This document shows, piece by piece, positions 14,336 through 27,884 of a stretch of DNA of 64,000 nt (position 1 is the first letter of the stretch; every line of letters begins with the position of its first letter). This DNA is from Hypanus sabinus (taxonomy: Eukaryota), in NCBI RefSeq assembly GCF_030144855.1, contig NC_082706.1:35278001-35342000 (forward strand). Reading direction: 5' to 3'. The position numbers and the translations under genes were made by a program. A model generated the notes under the pieces. It searched no databases and was not told where the DNA came from. It worked only from the letters and a program-made list of their open reading frames with translations.

Positions 14336-14805
14336 CACAGATACAACCTTTGACTCTTTAATGAACGCCTTAGCCTCACAATGTAACTCGTTGTGATCTT
14401 GTACTTTACCTGCACTGAACCTTTTTGACAGCTTGTACACTTTATGCTACATTTGTAAAGCTTATTCTGGGTCAATGCACGGTGCAATGATTTGATCCGT
14501 ATGAAAAACAAGGTTTTCACTGTATGGCAGTACATGTGACAATAGAATGACCAATAACAACCTTAGCCATGCCCTCGCCTTACAACGTACTACAGCCACA
14601 GCCCATCTACATGAAATACCCACTCCACAACCCCCACACCTACAAACTGTCCCTTCTCACAGGGTTATGTCTTTTGCATGCCACTCCGGTCTGTACTAAC
14701 CCCACCCTCACCCACCGCCCCTCCTGTGTACCTGGCCCACTTGCGCGCCTCTCCCCCTCCCCACAGTATCGCGGCCTCCACACACACACAGCATCTCTCC
14801 CTCAC

Positions 14806-15031
14806 CCCAACGCTTCTTGGCCCTGCCGGCCAGCACGGGCCGCATCTGGTCGAGACGGGTGGCGTAAATGTTGGCGTACTGCCGACTGAAGTTGCGCTCG
14901 CCCAGCGTGAAGCATCCCGAGTGGTTACTGTAGGAGGAGGTGGACAGCCGCTCGAACGTGGGGCCATGCTGCGCCGGCATCGGAGCCGACAGCAGGGTCT
15001 GCTCCTTGCGGGCGGCGTGCTCGGAAAACAT
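14806..15031 (-). CDS. POLD2: DNA polymerase delta subunit 2, first coding exon
   Basis: ATG at 15031 encodes MFSEHAARKEQTLLSAP...FTLGERNFSRQYANIYATRLDQMRPVLAGRAKKRW-G, matching the POLD2 N-terminus. GTGAG donor at 14805; upstream CAG acceptor at 15052-15050. Confidence 0.95.
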
Positions 15032-15147
15032 GGTGAGGCCAGATGCAACCTGTCGGGCACCGGGTCCCCCCTCCACCCCCTCGGGAATTCCTCCAGCCAG
15101 CCGTAACGCCCAACGACCGCCAGGAGAGCCGGCACAGCACCGCTCAC

Positions 15148-15195
15148 TCGGCTCTACTGACGAGCCTCTGGTGTTCCTCACTGACTTCCGGCTGC
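15148..15195 (-). other. POLD2: Probable non-coding first exon of POLD2
   Basis: GTGAGC donor at 15147-15142 upstream of the acceptor at 15050, inside the CpG island. The 5' end is approximate. Confidence 0.5.
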
Positions 15196-15603
15196 GCGCG
15201 CTCGCGTCCAGTCGCGGCGCGCCGCGCCCGCGCGCCCTGCTGGCAAATTCCCGCCAAACGGGGCGCGTGCACGACCAACGGGCCGGCGATGCCACTGGAG
15301 GCGAGACGGGCAGCGGGCGGCCGCCATGTGTTGAGGGGCGAAAGGAATCCGCCATGTTGGTGAGGGGCAAATTGGCTGGTCGCGAAGCTGAAGAGAAGTT
15401 ATGTCCTGGGAAGGTCACACTGCAGGTTATCTTCTTTGCGTGAAATAGAGCAGTCGTATAAAAGAGCAAACGGAGACCGGGCCATCTGTTTGGCATGTGA
15501 TTCAGGGAACAGCATTAAGAAGTGCAACAGGTGCTAACTCCTTTTTAAATGTCTCTGTTTTTTTCTTAATAAAATGCCGTGGGGTCTTCAAAACAAATTG
15601 ATT

Positions 15604-15724
15604 ACCAGTCCTGACGAAGGGTCTTGGCCCGAAACATTGACTTCATTTCCACAGATGCTGCCCGATCTGCTGAGTTCCTCCAGCGTGTTGCTTTGACCCC
15701 AGCATCTGCAGAGTATTTTGCGTT
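15604..15724 (+). mobile_element. Short hammerhead-headed Penelope-associated element
   Basis: CAGTC-CTGACGA-AGGGTCTTGGCCC-GAAA-CATT-GACT at the 5' end. 9-bp TSD AAATTGATT at 15595-15603 and 15725-15733. Confidence 0.75.
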
Positions 15725-18297
15725 AAATTGATTGTCAAAGTACATATATGTCACCATATACAACCTTGAGATTCATTTTCTTAGGAGCTTCACAGTATAG
15801 CCAGGAAACAGAATAGAATTGATTAAAGACTATACGCAACAGGACAGATGGGCAACCAATGTGCGCATCAGTTTCAGAGCATATCTAAAAATAGCACTTT
15901 GGACAACTAGCACACCCTCAGTAAAGTAATGGAGGGTCAACCTAGATTCTTGTGTTCAAGTGTCTGGAGTGATGTTAGAAGTGGTGAGGGAACTGGACTG
16001 CAGATGCTGGAATAATCTGCTGGAGGGGTTGAGAATGGCAGGCAGCATCTGTTGGGGGAAAGACATGCCCGATATTTCAAGTCAGAACACTGCACTAGGT
16101 CCTGATAGGCTGAGTTCCTCCAACACTTTGTTGTTGGCAAAAAAAATTAGGGCTATCATCCATTAAGTAACAATAGACTGAACAATTTACTCTTGCCCCA
16201 CAGTTTTAGGTATTATTTTTCCTCAAGTGCCATTCCAATTTCCTTTTGAAAACCCTAGCTGACTGCTTCCACAATTCTTATCAGCAGTAACGTCTACATT
16301 ATCACCAAGCTCTACGTTTTTAAAAAGGTGTATCAGTGCATCCTCTGTGCCTCTTTGTTGCTCAATATTTTCTGTCTTTAGATTTCAAAACCTATATATT
16401 TTCTATTTTACCATGGCTGAAAAAGACAAGGAAGCTGCACACTAGATTTATTTTCAGACTGTGGTGGTGGTGACAGGAAAGAAAAAAAAAGTGGCATTGT
16501 GGACTTTGGCATGGGGAAGTCAGGGTAACACAGAACAGTCCTTACTGAGTGGTCCGCAGTGGAAAGGGTGAGCAGCTTCAAGTTCCAGATCATTAACATC
16601 TTGGAGGATCTATCCTGGGCCCAACATTTTGATACAATCACTAAGGCACTCTCTGGCTGTACTTCATTAGGAGTTTGAAAAGATTTGGTATGTCACCAAC
16701 GACTTGTACATTTCTATAGCTCTCTGGTGGAGGACATTCTAACTGGACATAACACAGCCTGATATGGAGGGTCCAACACACAATAACAAAAGAGGCGCAG
16801 CAGGTTGTATATTCAGCTAGCTTTATTACAGATACAACTCTCCCAATGATTGAGGAATCTTCAAGAGACATCCATCACTAAAGATCCTCACTCTTCGGGC
16901 TATACCCTCTTGTCATTACTACCATTGGAGAGGAAGGGCTGGAGCCTGAAGACCCAAGCTCAACAGTTCGGGAACAACTTATCCCCTCCATCAGATTCCT
17001 GAACGGCCCATGAACAGCACCTCATTATTCTTTTATTTGCACTAATGAGAATCAATTTTATTATCATCAGCCTATGGCATGAAAATTGTTGTTTTGCAGC
17101 AGCAGTACAGCGCAACACATAAAAAATGAGTAGAAATTACAACAAAAATATATACAAATAAATAAATAATGCAAAAAGTCTGCAAAGTAGTGAGGTCCAG
17201 TTCATGGGTTTATGAACTGTTCAGAAATCTGATGGTGGAGAGGAAGAAGCTGTTCCTAAAATATATGTCTTCGGGCTCCTGTACCTCCTCCCTGATGGTG
17301 GTAATAAGAAAAGGGGATTTAATTTGTGATTTATAGTAATTTTTTAATGTTTTTACACTATACTGTTGCCACAAAACAACAAATTTGACATTGTATAAGA
17401 CTGAGAATAAACTGATTCTGATTTATGCATCTGATACTGAAGTATTCTTGTCCCACTAACTGCTGTCTGAATTCTATATTCTATATTCCCTAGAATATAG
17501 CAGGCTGAGGGGTGGCCATATGAAATCATGAGGGACATAGATAAGGTGAGTGGTCACATTCTTTTTCTCAGAGTGGGACACTCTAAAACTAGAGAGCACA
17601 GGTTTAAGATGAGAGCATAAGAATTTAAAGGGGAGCTGAGGGACAAGATTTTCACAGAGGGCACCAGAGGAACTGATAGAGATAAGTACAATGACAAAAT
17701 TTATAAGACATTCAGATAGGAAGGGAAAGGTTTAGTAAGGAAGTCACATAAGCCCTATAAGTCAGGGCTGATGCATCCTAATGAAGGGCCTTAGCCCGAA
17801 ACATCAACTGTTTACTCTTTTCCATAGATGTTGAGGCATTTTGTGTGTGATGCTAAGCCCTACAAAATTTGTACAGGCCACATACAGAATATTATATGCA
17901 CTTCCAGCAAGGATGTGAAGGCTTTGGAGAAGACGCTGAGGAGGTTCACCAGGATGTTGCCTGGATTAGAGAGCATAAGGTGTAAGGAGAGGTTAAACAA
18001 CCCAGATTGTTTTCTCCTGAGCTTCAGAAGCTGAGGGGTAACTTTGTAAAGTAAACTAGCATGCAAAATAGTATTGCATGTCAAGGTAAAGAGCATAGAT
18101 AGGGTAGATAGAATCTTTTCTGAGTAGACAGGTAAAATAGTACTCCCCTTCTGAACACCTCTAGATTCATTAGTAATGGAAAATGGAGCCTTTCTATGCT
18201 CAAACATTAGTTCCTAGTTATGTTAAATAGAAGCCGTAACCTTTGCTATTTTGGAAATGACAATGAGCATAAAGAAGATCCCAGTCAGGTAGATTAG

Positions 18298-18440
18298 AAA
18301 TCAGTAACACAAGAGATTCTGCAGATGCTGGAACTCGAGAGCAACACACACAAAGTGCTGGAGGAACTCAGCAGGTCAGGTAGCATTTCTGGAGAGGAAT
18401 AAGCAGTCAATGTTTTGGGCCAAGACCCTTCATCAGGACT
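18298..18440 (-). mobile_element. Short hammerhead-headed Penelope-associated element
   Basis: Same family; flanked by GATTAG repeats. Confidence 0.7.
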
Positions 18441-19699
18441 GATTAGGTTAGGTGTAGGGCTGGCTTAAAAGGTGAGATGAAAACTCAAGTTCCTAATTGG
18501 CAAAGAGTGATGAATATCCTAACCAAGTCTGGTACTAGGTTAGGTTTATTTTCAGAGAAAACCACATAATATAACCAAAAGCTACTAGCAATTGAAAATA
18601 GCAACAAGTGCATGTCTGCATCTACAATCAACCTCTAGGGATATCCAAAATCCCAGCTTCACACAATACTTATTCTATCAATCTATCATGAATGATATAA
18701 AATTTTTAATTTCATAGGTATTTGTAAAAGGAAAACACAGCACACAAGATCTAAAACAACTTGATTAAACAAAATGTAATTGTAGATTGAATGGGTGATG
18801 TGGTGGATTTAGGTATAGATTCACAAGGTAATTCTAGGATTGAGCCACTTGTCACTTGAAGAGAGGCTGATAGCTCTGGACCCATATTCATTGGAATTCA
18901 GAAGAATGAGGGATGACCTAATTGAGACCTATTGTATGTTGAATGGATGTGGAGAAGATCTTTCCTATGGTGGGAAAGTTTAGGAACCGAGGACACAGCC
19001 TCAAAATAGAGGGGCGTCCTTTTAGATTGGAGATGAGGAGGAATTTCTTTAGCCAGAGAGTGATGAATCTGCAGAAATCGTTGCCACAGATGGTTGTGGA
19101 GGCCAGATTTTTACGTATATTTAAGGCAGAGGTTGATAGGTTCTTGATTGGTCAGGGAATGAGGAAGAAAGCAGGAAATTGGTGCTGAGAGGAAAATTGG
19201 ATCAGCCAAGATGAAACAGTGGAACAAACTCAATGGGACAAATGCCTAATTCTGCTCTTATATCTTATGGTTCTATGTTGAAGCATAGCATTTAAAGAAG
19301 ATTAATATCCTAAAGTTTATCAAGAAAGTTTGTGTAAGTTTACGGCAAGATATATGTAGATCAACTGGACTGTTGGCAAAAGGGATTTAATCTTGACTAG
19401 TGCAAAGAGATTCATTGTGGGAAGTCAAATAAGTTTGGAACGTGTACCACAGATTCTTGAGTGCTAAGCAATGTCCACTGAAAATTGCATCACGAGTACA
19501 TTGGTGAAGAAGTCGTACAAACTGTTTGCTGTGACATGATCAAAGATAAAAGTCGGGACACGATGTTGCAAATTTACAAAACGCTGGTTAGATTTCATTT
19601 GAAATACTGTGTGCAGTTCCAGCTGCCACTATATGAGGGATCCAGTTGAACTGAAGAGACTACAGAGGAGATCCACCAGGATGTTGCATGGACTGGCAT

Positions 19700-21110
19700 G
19701 AATTTCGCTCAACATCAGCAAAACCAAAGAGCTGATTATTGATTATAAGAGAACAAAATTGAGGGTCCATGATCGAGTTTTCAATAGGGGATCAGAGGTG
19801 GTGAGTGTCAATAACTTTGAATTCAGTAGCATTATCCCACCAAAGGATCTGTTCTGGGACCAGAACATAAATGCTATTTCAAAGATGGCACTGCAGCGTC
19901 TCTACTTTCTTAGAAGTTTGTGCAGATTTGGCATGTCATCTTAAACATTGATGAATTTCTATAGATACACTGTGGAGAGTACCCTGACTGGTTGCATCAA
20001 GGCCTGGAATGGAAACATCCATGGCCAAGAATGGGAAAGCTTACAAAAAGTGGTGAATACAGCCCAGTCCATCACAGGAAAAGCCCTCCCCCACCCTTGA
20101 ATGCATCTGCAAGGAGCTCTGCCACAAGAAAGCAACATCCATCTCTTCTCACAGCTGCCATTAGGAAAGAGGTACAGGAGCCTCAGGTCCCACACCACCA
20201 GGTTCAGGAACAGTTAGGGCACTTCAACCATCAGGCATCTAAACCAACTTCACTCAACTCAGCACTGAACTGATCACTGAACACAATCTCTGGACTCACT
20301 GTCAAGGCCTCTACAACTCGTGTCCTCATTTATTATTTATTTGTTTGTTTGTTTTATTTTGTTTTTGCGCTATTTGTCATCTTTTGCAAATTGGTTCCTT
20401 GTCAGTCTTTGTGTATAATTAATCATTGATTCTGGTGTATTTCTTTATTCTACTGTGAATGCCTACACCAAAATGAATCTCAGGGTAGTATATGGTGACA
20501 CATCAAAGTTCAAAGTAGACGTTATTATCAGAGTACATACATGTTACATTGACATGTATGTACTCTGATAATAAATTTTACTTTGAACTTTGATGTGTCA
20601 CCATATACTACACTGAGATTCATTTTCCTGTGGGCATACTCAGCAAATCTATAGAACTGTAACTAAACAGGATTAATGAAAGAGCAAGAACACAGAAGAC
20701 AACAAACTGTACAAATGCAAATATAGATAAATAGCAATAAATAACACGATAAAGAGTCTTAAAGTGATATCATTGCTTGTGGAAGCATCTCAATAGATGA
20801 ATGTAGCTATCCCCTTTTGTTCAAGAGTCTGATGGTTGAGGGGTAGTAAGTGTTCTTGAACCTGGTGGTGCGAGTCCTGAGGCTCTTGTACCTTCTACCT
20901 GATGGAAGCAGCAAGAAAAGAGCATGACCTGGGTGGTGAGGATCTTTGATGATGGATGCTGCTTTTCTACAGCAACATTTCATGTGGATGTGCTAATGGC
21001 TGAATCCATTAACTTTCGTAGGATTTTCCACAAAGACATTGTTGTTAATGTACCAGGCCATAATACACATACTTTGATAACAAATTTACTTTGAACTTCG
21101 AACTTTGAAT
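19700..21110. mobile_element. Nested antiparallel Rex1-type LINE 3' ends
   Basis: Plus-strand copy (KMALQRLYFLRSLCRFGMS) with a minus-strand copy inserted in its tail. Confidence 0.75.
20470..20626. repeat. ~157-bp near-perfect palindrome
   Basis: Arms of ~75 bp (AAAATGAATCTCAG...ACATACATGT / ACATGTATGT...CTGAGATTCATTTT) around a 7-nt spacer at 20545-20551. Confidence 0.9.
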
Positions 21111-21432
21111 TTAGTTATGAGGGAGATTGGATAGGCTAGGCTTGTTTTTCTTGAATTGAAGGAGGCTGAGAGATGGCCTAAAAAAAGTGTATAAAATTCC
21201 AAGAGACATTGGGTAGATCATCATAATTTGTTTCCTTGTAAAATATCAAAAACTGAAGGTTTAAATTGGTAAATTAGATTATTATCATCACATGTACCAA
21301 GGTACAGTGAAAACTTGTCATTCTGATGAATTCGTTACAATGTTACATGGTAAAACAGAGTGCAGAATAAAGTGTCACAGTTACAGATAAAGTGCAGTGC
21401 AGACGATCATTAAGGTGCAAGATCATAATGAG

Positions 21433-24400
21433 TGTTCTGGCCTCTTGAGGGGCAGTACACTTTGCATGGACATCACTTTGTATATGTAAGCTGTTTTTAT
21501 ATATTTTCCTGTTTGGGTTAGTTTTGATTTGATTTGAAGCACATTGGAAACATGCACAAGTCCATTCACTCTTTACTTGCCCTTGAAACAGCAATATCTT
21601 TTCACAAGTGAGAGATCTTGTTAAAAACCCCGACAAAAGCATCCGTTTCAGGTGAGAAGTTGATAAGCTCACTGCATAGCACAGGTGCACAGTAAGGTAG
21701 TAGAGTGAACAGCTAGCTCATCTTCAGAAGCATCAGCCACGGATTGGAGACATGTCTGAACGATGTAGATGATAATATCAGCTTCTGACCTGAAGAACGA
21801 TGATCGCCAAGACCTGGAAGTCAAGGCAGAATGTGAGTCATCTATAACACCTTCAGCGAGCAAAACCACAATTAGCATAGCTGCAGCACGAGTCCACTCC
21901 AGAGTTGAAGCTGCAAGAAATTGTGATGCAAATGGAGAAAGCACATGTAGCATATAGACATAGAGAGAATACACGTAGAGATTATATTAAATGTGCTCAA
22001 GGATGAGCCGGAAGCTGAGGCAAATGTGTATGAAGCAGCATTTGACTTAGACAGTGGTGAACCTATAATCGGAATTAATCACATTTTGTTGACGTAACAG
22101 CTAATTCACCTTGCTAAAGAATATGCCCAAATGCGTTTTGGCTGTAAAAAAAATGTCCTCAACATGCAGTCAACATGCCTTTCACATAGGGTTACAACAG
22201 CAAAGACCCTCAACACCCCCTTGCACAGTTTGACCACAGCAAAGACATCAGTCAAGCGTTGCTACTGATGCCAACCCCACCTGCACAGACAAGGGCAGAC
22301 TGAACTTCAATCCATCCCAGGACGCATATTTGGCAAATTAGTCTCCACAGTATTCTCATTCAGGAGCTAAAGGTGCATTAGGTTTTACTTGGTATTTGGC
22401 TCGTTGAGCAATAGTCACAGCAGGACTAAAAGTGTCCAACACCAGTCTACCAGTTATCTGTCCCAATGCCATGGAAGGACTATGTCTCAAACCTAGTGAA
22501 GAGCTAGACCTTCTCTGTAAGTGGCTTGCTGGAGAGTCACTGCAATGTGCCAGGAGTGTTAGAGGAGTTCACATTAATAATCCAGCTACGGGTTTACAAA
22601 TGCTGTGGCAGAAGCTAGATAAATGCTATGACTCTCCAGGGACAATTGAATCTCTCTTCGGTGATTTTCCAAAGCTCTCACACAAAGAATCATGGAAGCT
22701 ACTGAAGGTTGCAGATCCCAAACATGAAAGAATCTGCAAATGCTGAAAATCCAAGCAACACACACAAAGTGCTGGAGGAATACAGCAGGCCAGGCAACAT
22801 CTAGGAAAAAAATATAGTTGACATTTCAGCCCAAGACCCTTTGGCAGGACTGATTTAAATGTCTTCAGAGTAGACATCCCTGGAAGAGACTTCACAGTGT
22901 AGAAATCCAATAACAAACAAGATAAAATGTGCAGATGCTAGAAACCCAAGCAACACACACAAAGTGCTGGGGGAACTTGGCAGGCCAGGCAAACTTTTTT
23001 CCATAGCTGTTTATCCTCCAGCATTTTATGTGTGAAGGTTTCAGATCTTTTGTCGGAACTGCAAGCTGTAAAAATGAGGGTTTACCTACTAGGACTGAGT
23101 TTCTTGGACACTGCAAGAGGAATAAACCCTATCATGAAGAAACCACTGAACAACATACAAGGACAGTGGATAACTGAAGGGTTCAGGTATAAAATGAAGC
23201 ATCACTTCCCCTACCTGCCATTTTCATTCTTTGTGGACATAGCTTGCCACCACGTAGATATGTGAAATGACCATAGTTTTACGCTCTCAACATCCAGTAA
23301 CACCTCATTCAAAGAGGGGTTTCCAGCAAAGGCATAAAAAACCTAAACCCCCATTGTGGTCAAAAAACTGAAGTAGAAATCTCAATCATGAACCTCAATA
23401 GACAATGTCATGTTCATAAGAAACCTCAGCCCTTAAGGAAATGCAGAGGATTCAGAGAAAAACCAGTCACAGACCAAACAAGAAGTGGGCACAGATCTTT
23501 TCAATGATTTCAAGTTCCCTGGCCCCAAGCATTTTATTTTCCCCATGGACATCCAGTCCCTATACACATCTAACCACCACCAGGAAGGCCTCAAAGCTCT
23601 CTGTTTCTTTCTGGACACGAGACCCAACCAGTTTCCCCTCCACCATCACTGTCTAGCGCAACTTGTCCTCACTCTCAATAATATTTCCTTTGACTCCGTC
23701 CACTTCCATCAAACAAAAGGTCTAGCCCTGGGTACTCACATTTGTCCCAGCTATGCCTGCCTGTTTGTCGGCTATGTGGAACAGCCTATGGTACAAGCCT
23801 GAACTGGTGTCACTCCCCAACTTTTCCTACACTACATCAATGATTGCATTGGTGCTGCTTCCTGCACCCTTGCAGAGCTCGTCAACTTCATCAACTTTGC
23901 CTCCAACTTCCATCCTGCCCTCAAGTTACCTGGTCCATCTCTGACACCTTTCTCCTCCTTCTCGATCTCTCTATCTCTATTTCTGGAGACAGCTTATCCA
24001 CTGTTGTCTATTATAAGCCCCACTGACTCTCACAGCTAGCTGGACTGTACCTCTTCCTACCCTGTTACTTGTGAAAATACCACCCCCTTCTCTCAATTCC
24101 TCCGTCTCCATGGCTTCTGTTCTCAAGATGAGGCTTTTCATTCCAGGATGAAGGAGATGCCCTCCTTCTTCAAAGAAAGGGGCTTATTGTGAACGAATGA
24201 TTGGCATCTCGAGTCAGATTCTTGATGCAATGTTTCTTAAGCTTGGATTTTTGAAGCTCACACATGACTTCTAGATAACCTTCATGGCTGAGGTCATAGC
24301 TATTGTAAACTCCAAACCACTTAACTTCATACTCTGCAGATCCAGATGAGCCTTGTATTTTGACTCCTGTTATGCTTCTAAAACAGGAAGTTGGCTGTCC

Positions 24401-24932
24401 TCCTGTTCCACCAGGTCACTTTAGCAATGCAATCTACGCCAGCAGCAAGGAGCCAAGTCCAGAGTATGGCCAAGACTTTTTAACCAAGATGGTGAAGAGA
24501 GCACGTTAGCAATCTCTGGGGTCTCAGGAAGTGGAGAACTGAGAGGCCAAATTTATAAGCAGGTGATGTCATCTTACTGAATGGCAACCAAGCCAAGAGA
24601 TATGATTGGCCTTTAGAGTTGGTCACACAAACTTTTTCCTAGTGAAGACGGGAAAGTTAGAAAACTCAAAGTGAGAACAGTTAAAGATGGTGCAGTAAGT
24701 CTGTTCTCCACACTGGTCTCTGAGCCTATCTTTCTTTTACCAAAGACTTAAATTAAATAATCATTTGATTTTTTAATTTCAGTAGTTAAGTTTGACATCC
24801 TATGGAGCCAGGCGAGGAGCGTTCTGGCTTCTTGAGGCAGAGTTCGTTTTGTATGGACATCACTTCCTATACGTAAGCTGTTTTGATATCATTTCCTGCA
24901 TGCGTTAGTCCTGATTCAATTTGAAGCACATA
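21433..24932 (+). mobile_element. Degraded, internally deleted BEL/Pao LTR retrotransposon
   Basis: Diverged direct repeats start at 21433 (TGTTCTGGCC) and 24820, with a purine tract before the second. BEL gag-like EELDLLCKWL...HINNP and LSFLDTARGINPI; integrase C-terminal remnants (FMAEVIAIVNSKPL, WPL..V, DGKVRK) at ~24270-24700. Confidence 0.8.
23435..24186 (+). mobile_element. Penelope-like RT fragment nested in the BEL element
   Basis: IFPMDIQSLYTS, LVLTLNNISFD, QTKGLALGTHICPSYACLFVG, YINDCIG. Confidence 0.85.
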
Positions 24933-27884
24933 GTGGAGAGTTACATGCACCCATGGGAGAAACGTACAAACTTTCTTAGAGAGGATGCAGGAATTGAACT
25001 TCTAACCCCTCCAGGTACTCCAGTTTCCTCCCACAGGCCAAAGACGTATCGGTTAGTAGGTTAACTGGTCATTGTAAATGTTACTGCAGTAGGCTAGGCA
25101 AGTACTGTAGGAGACAGTGAGAAAGAAAAATAAGAATGCAGTGGGAACATGGGACCAGGAACATGGCTTGCCTTTGCCTGGTTTGAGAACTTGGTCTTCA
25201 AACACTGGTTCCCTCAATCAATGGCACATTGAAGGCAAAGGTGAATTTCATCACTGCTGTTGCCAAAATATGAGAAGTCCATGTTTTCCGGGTCGTGTTT
25301 TGAACCCTTATAGTCCGAGGAGGGGCGGATGTGGAATATTTGTGCAATTCTCCCATAGGCGACTGTGAGCGAGGTGACGTTGGCTTGCAGTTTAGTGTCC
25401 AAACATACATAAGCATAAGCTTCACTTGCATAAAGATGAACACTGTAGTTCCTGAGTGTAGTTGCCATAAGATAAGTTTTGAAGATTAAGTCCACTTTGA
25501 GATGAAGTTCAACATCAGGGTGACAAAAGGTGGAAAAAATTGTCAGTGTATGACAGACCAGTTTTCACTTGAGATTGACTCCACTGCACAGCCATTATGT
25601 TAGGATCATGGCTTGCATGCCATAACGAAATGTAAGATGGCGACAAATTTTTATAGACAGATAAACCTGTGGAGATTAGTGTTATTCACAGCATTTCTCT
25701 TGCTCTCAAGTCGGAGGGTAGCTAGACTGGAAGGAGGTAGTTGAAGTGGACACTATTGATAACTTTCTGTAGCAAGAGGACCTTTCTGTAGTTACTATAG
25801 TCATTTTTCCCTCTTTCTCCAAGATGGTTCATGATTATAGCATCTCTGAGGTTGCATTAAGTCCTCCTCTTCTCACATGTGGACAGCGTGACTGGATTTT
25901 TAACTGAAGCTCTTCACCACTGACTTTTAAAATCCTGGCAGGGATACAGTCTGTTCCCAGAGTCTGGTTGGTTGCAATTGAGATAAAGACATTCACAGTC
26001 AACCAGGCAGCAAAACAACGTCAAATGGCCAACAGTGAATGTTGCAATCCTTTCAGCTTTTGAGACATGGGCTACCCAGACGAGGTACCTGAAAGGACGA
26101 GAAGTGCAACAAATTACACAGTCTGCTGAATGGGTAAGTGATCAAACACGCAAGTGTCTTCTCCCATAGCAACATCCAAAAATGGGGTTCTAATTACACT
26201 GAGTTGGCTCTGTTGGCCAGTTCTTACCATTTCCATGCCAAACTAAAATCTACCTAAACACAAACCCTGATCTGAGATCTGTCGCAGGAAGAGATTTCCT
26301 TGCAAAAAGCCTATGAGGAAGAAAGCGACATTTCACCGACTATTGGGAATACTTGGCCCATGATTACTCAAAGTGAAGGAGGACCATTCAGGATGGTGTT
26401 TAAAACCTCAGATCCAGGCCTGAGGAGCACATAGAAGCCCAGTGTTACGAGAAAGAGGTGTGCACCACCTTACGGCTACAAACCTGTAATTCTCTAAGAC
26501 ATCTCTTTCCCCATGTGTAGAAGAGTCTTCAGCTGCGACATTGGTCTGATGAGTTGTCTCAGAACCAACAAAGTTGGTCACACTCAATCCGAGTGACTGC
26601 CTCAGATTATTGAGTACAGTCTAAACACCGATTGTGGCAAATCATTTAATTGTCGATCTGGAGGGTGAAGCTTAGCCATGATGGCACTAAACAGCGACTC
26701 CTTTGCTTGTATCTTTGGAAACAGCTCTATTTCCATCTTTAATATCTCTATTTTTCCCTTTCAGGGTTCTTTTGAAGACCCTGACCTGGAATTACACGCT
26801 GACTTTGGTTCTTTGCAGGAATGGGACCCGCTCTCGGGGTTTCATGACTGGCCGTTATTTGAAATGCCAAGGATGCAGCCTAAGAACTCAGCTCACCTTC
26901 GGAGGGCCGGGATTTCGCACCTCTGGAGACAGGGGAGATCGAGGTCGGTGTCCTGGCAGGAGATCAGTGAGTCTTGGGAGTCAGAAGATCTGTGGCTGTG
27001 TGCCCAGAGACCTGAGATCACTAGGCACAGAGCTCGGAAAAAGTGATGCAATGGTCTTTTAACATTGTAAACCAGTGAGTTGTTCGTTATGTCTCCCCTT
27101 TCACTGTGAAACGGAGACAACTCTTTCTTATTCAGGAGAGAGAGAGAGCCTGTGGTACGTTGAATACCAGGTGAACAAGTAGTCTTCGGGGTACTGCAAG
27201 TCTGTGTCTTTATTGATGCTTTGCTGCATGCTCGAGTGCTCGGTGGTGGGGGGCAATGCTTTTTTTTGCTGGTGGGGGAGGGGGATCGTGCTTGTTGCCA
27301 CTTACATGCGGGAGGGTGGAGCTGGGGGGACTTTGGGGTTCTAACATTTAACTGGCATTCATTCTTTGGGGCACCCCTCTGTTTTTGTGGATGGTTGTGA
27401 AGAAAAAGCATTTCAGGATGTATATTGTAAACATTTCTCTGACATTAAATGTACTTTTGAAACCTTCGATAAATCCTGATATTCTGATTACGAAGAGACA
27501 CAGGCAGCCAACACAAACCAAAGCATTGCACCTACAATGACAATCAGACAGAGGATGTTGAGGTAACTTGGTTTATTCCTGAATTTTTCAGTGGGGTTAC
27601 AGTGACATCATTGTTTGTATAAATTCACCTTAAAGTGCTTTCCATTTTCCCCATTAGTAATTCAAACAGCTACTGAGTGGAGATTATTGCTGCTTGGCCA
27701 GTGATGCAGAGTGTTTATTCTGTGAGCTTGTTATACCATATGGAATAGAAAGACCTCAGCCTTGATGTAGCGCTGAGGAATAGTAGTGGGACAGAGATAT
27801 AGATAGAACAATAAGCTCCTTCACAAAATTCATCCCTCAGTAACTAAAAATCTGGTCCAACCCACATTCTAGCTTGCTCAGGAA

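Larger units (their letters stand above)
14700..15400 (-). promoter_or_regulatory. CpG-island promoter of POLD2 with E2F, ETS and YY1-like motifs
   Basis: Strongly CpG-rich non-TE segment. TTCCCGCCAAA (E2F) at 15248-15258, ACTTCCGG (ETS/GABP) at ~15184-15191, CCGCCATGT at 15321 and 15349. Confidence 0.8.

Noticed and set aside
14708-15496. 262-aa ORF and overlapping ORFs across the CpG island
   Set aside because: Only 14806-15031 matches POLD2 and is bounded by splice sites. The rest is stop-poor GC-rich promoter/intron sequence.
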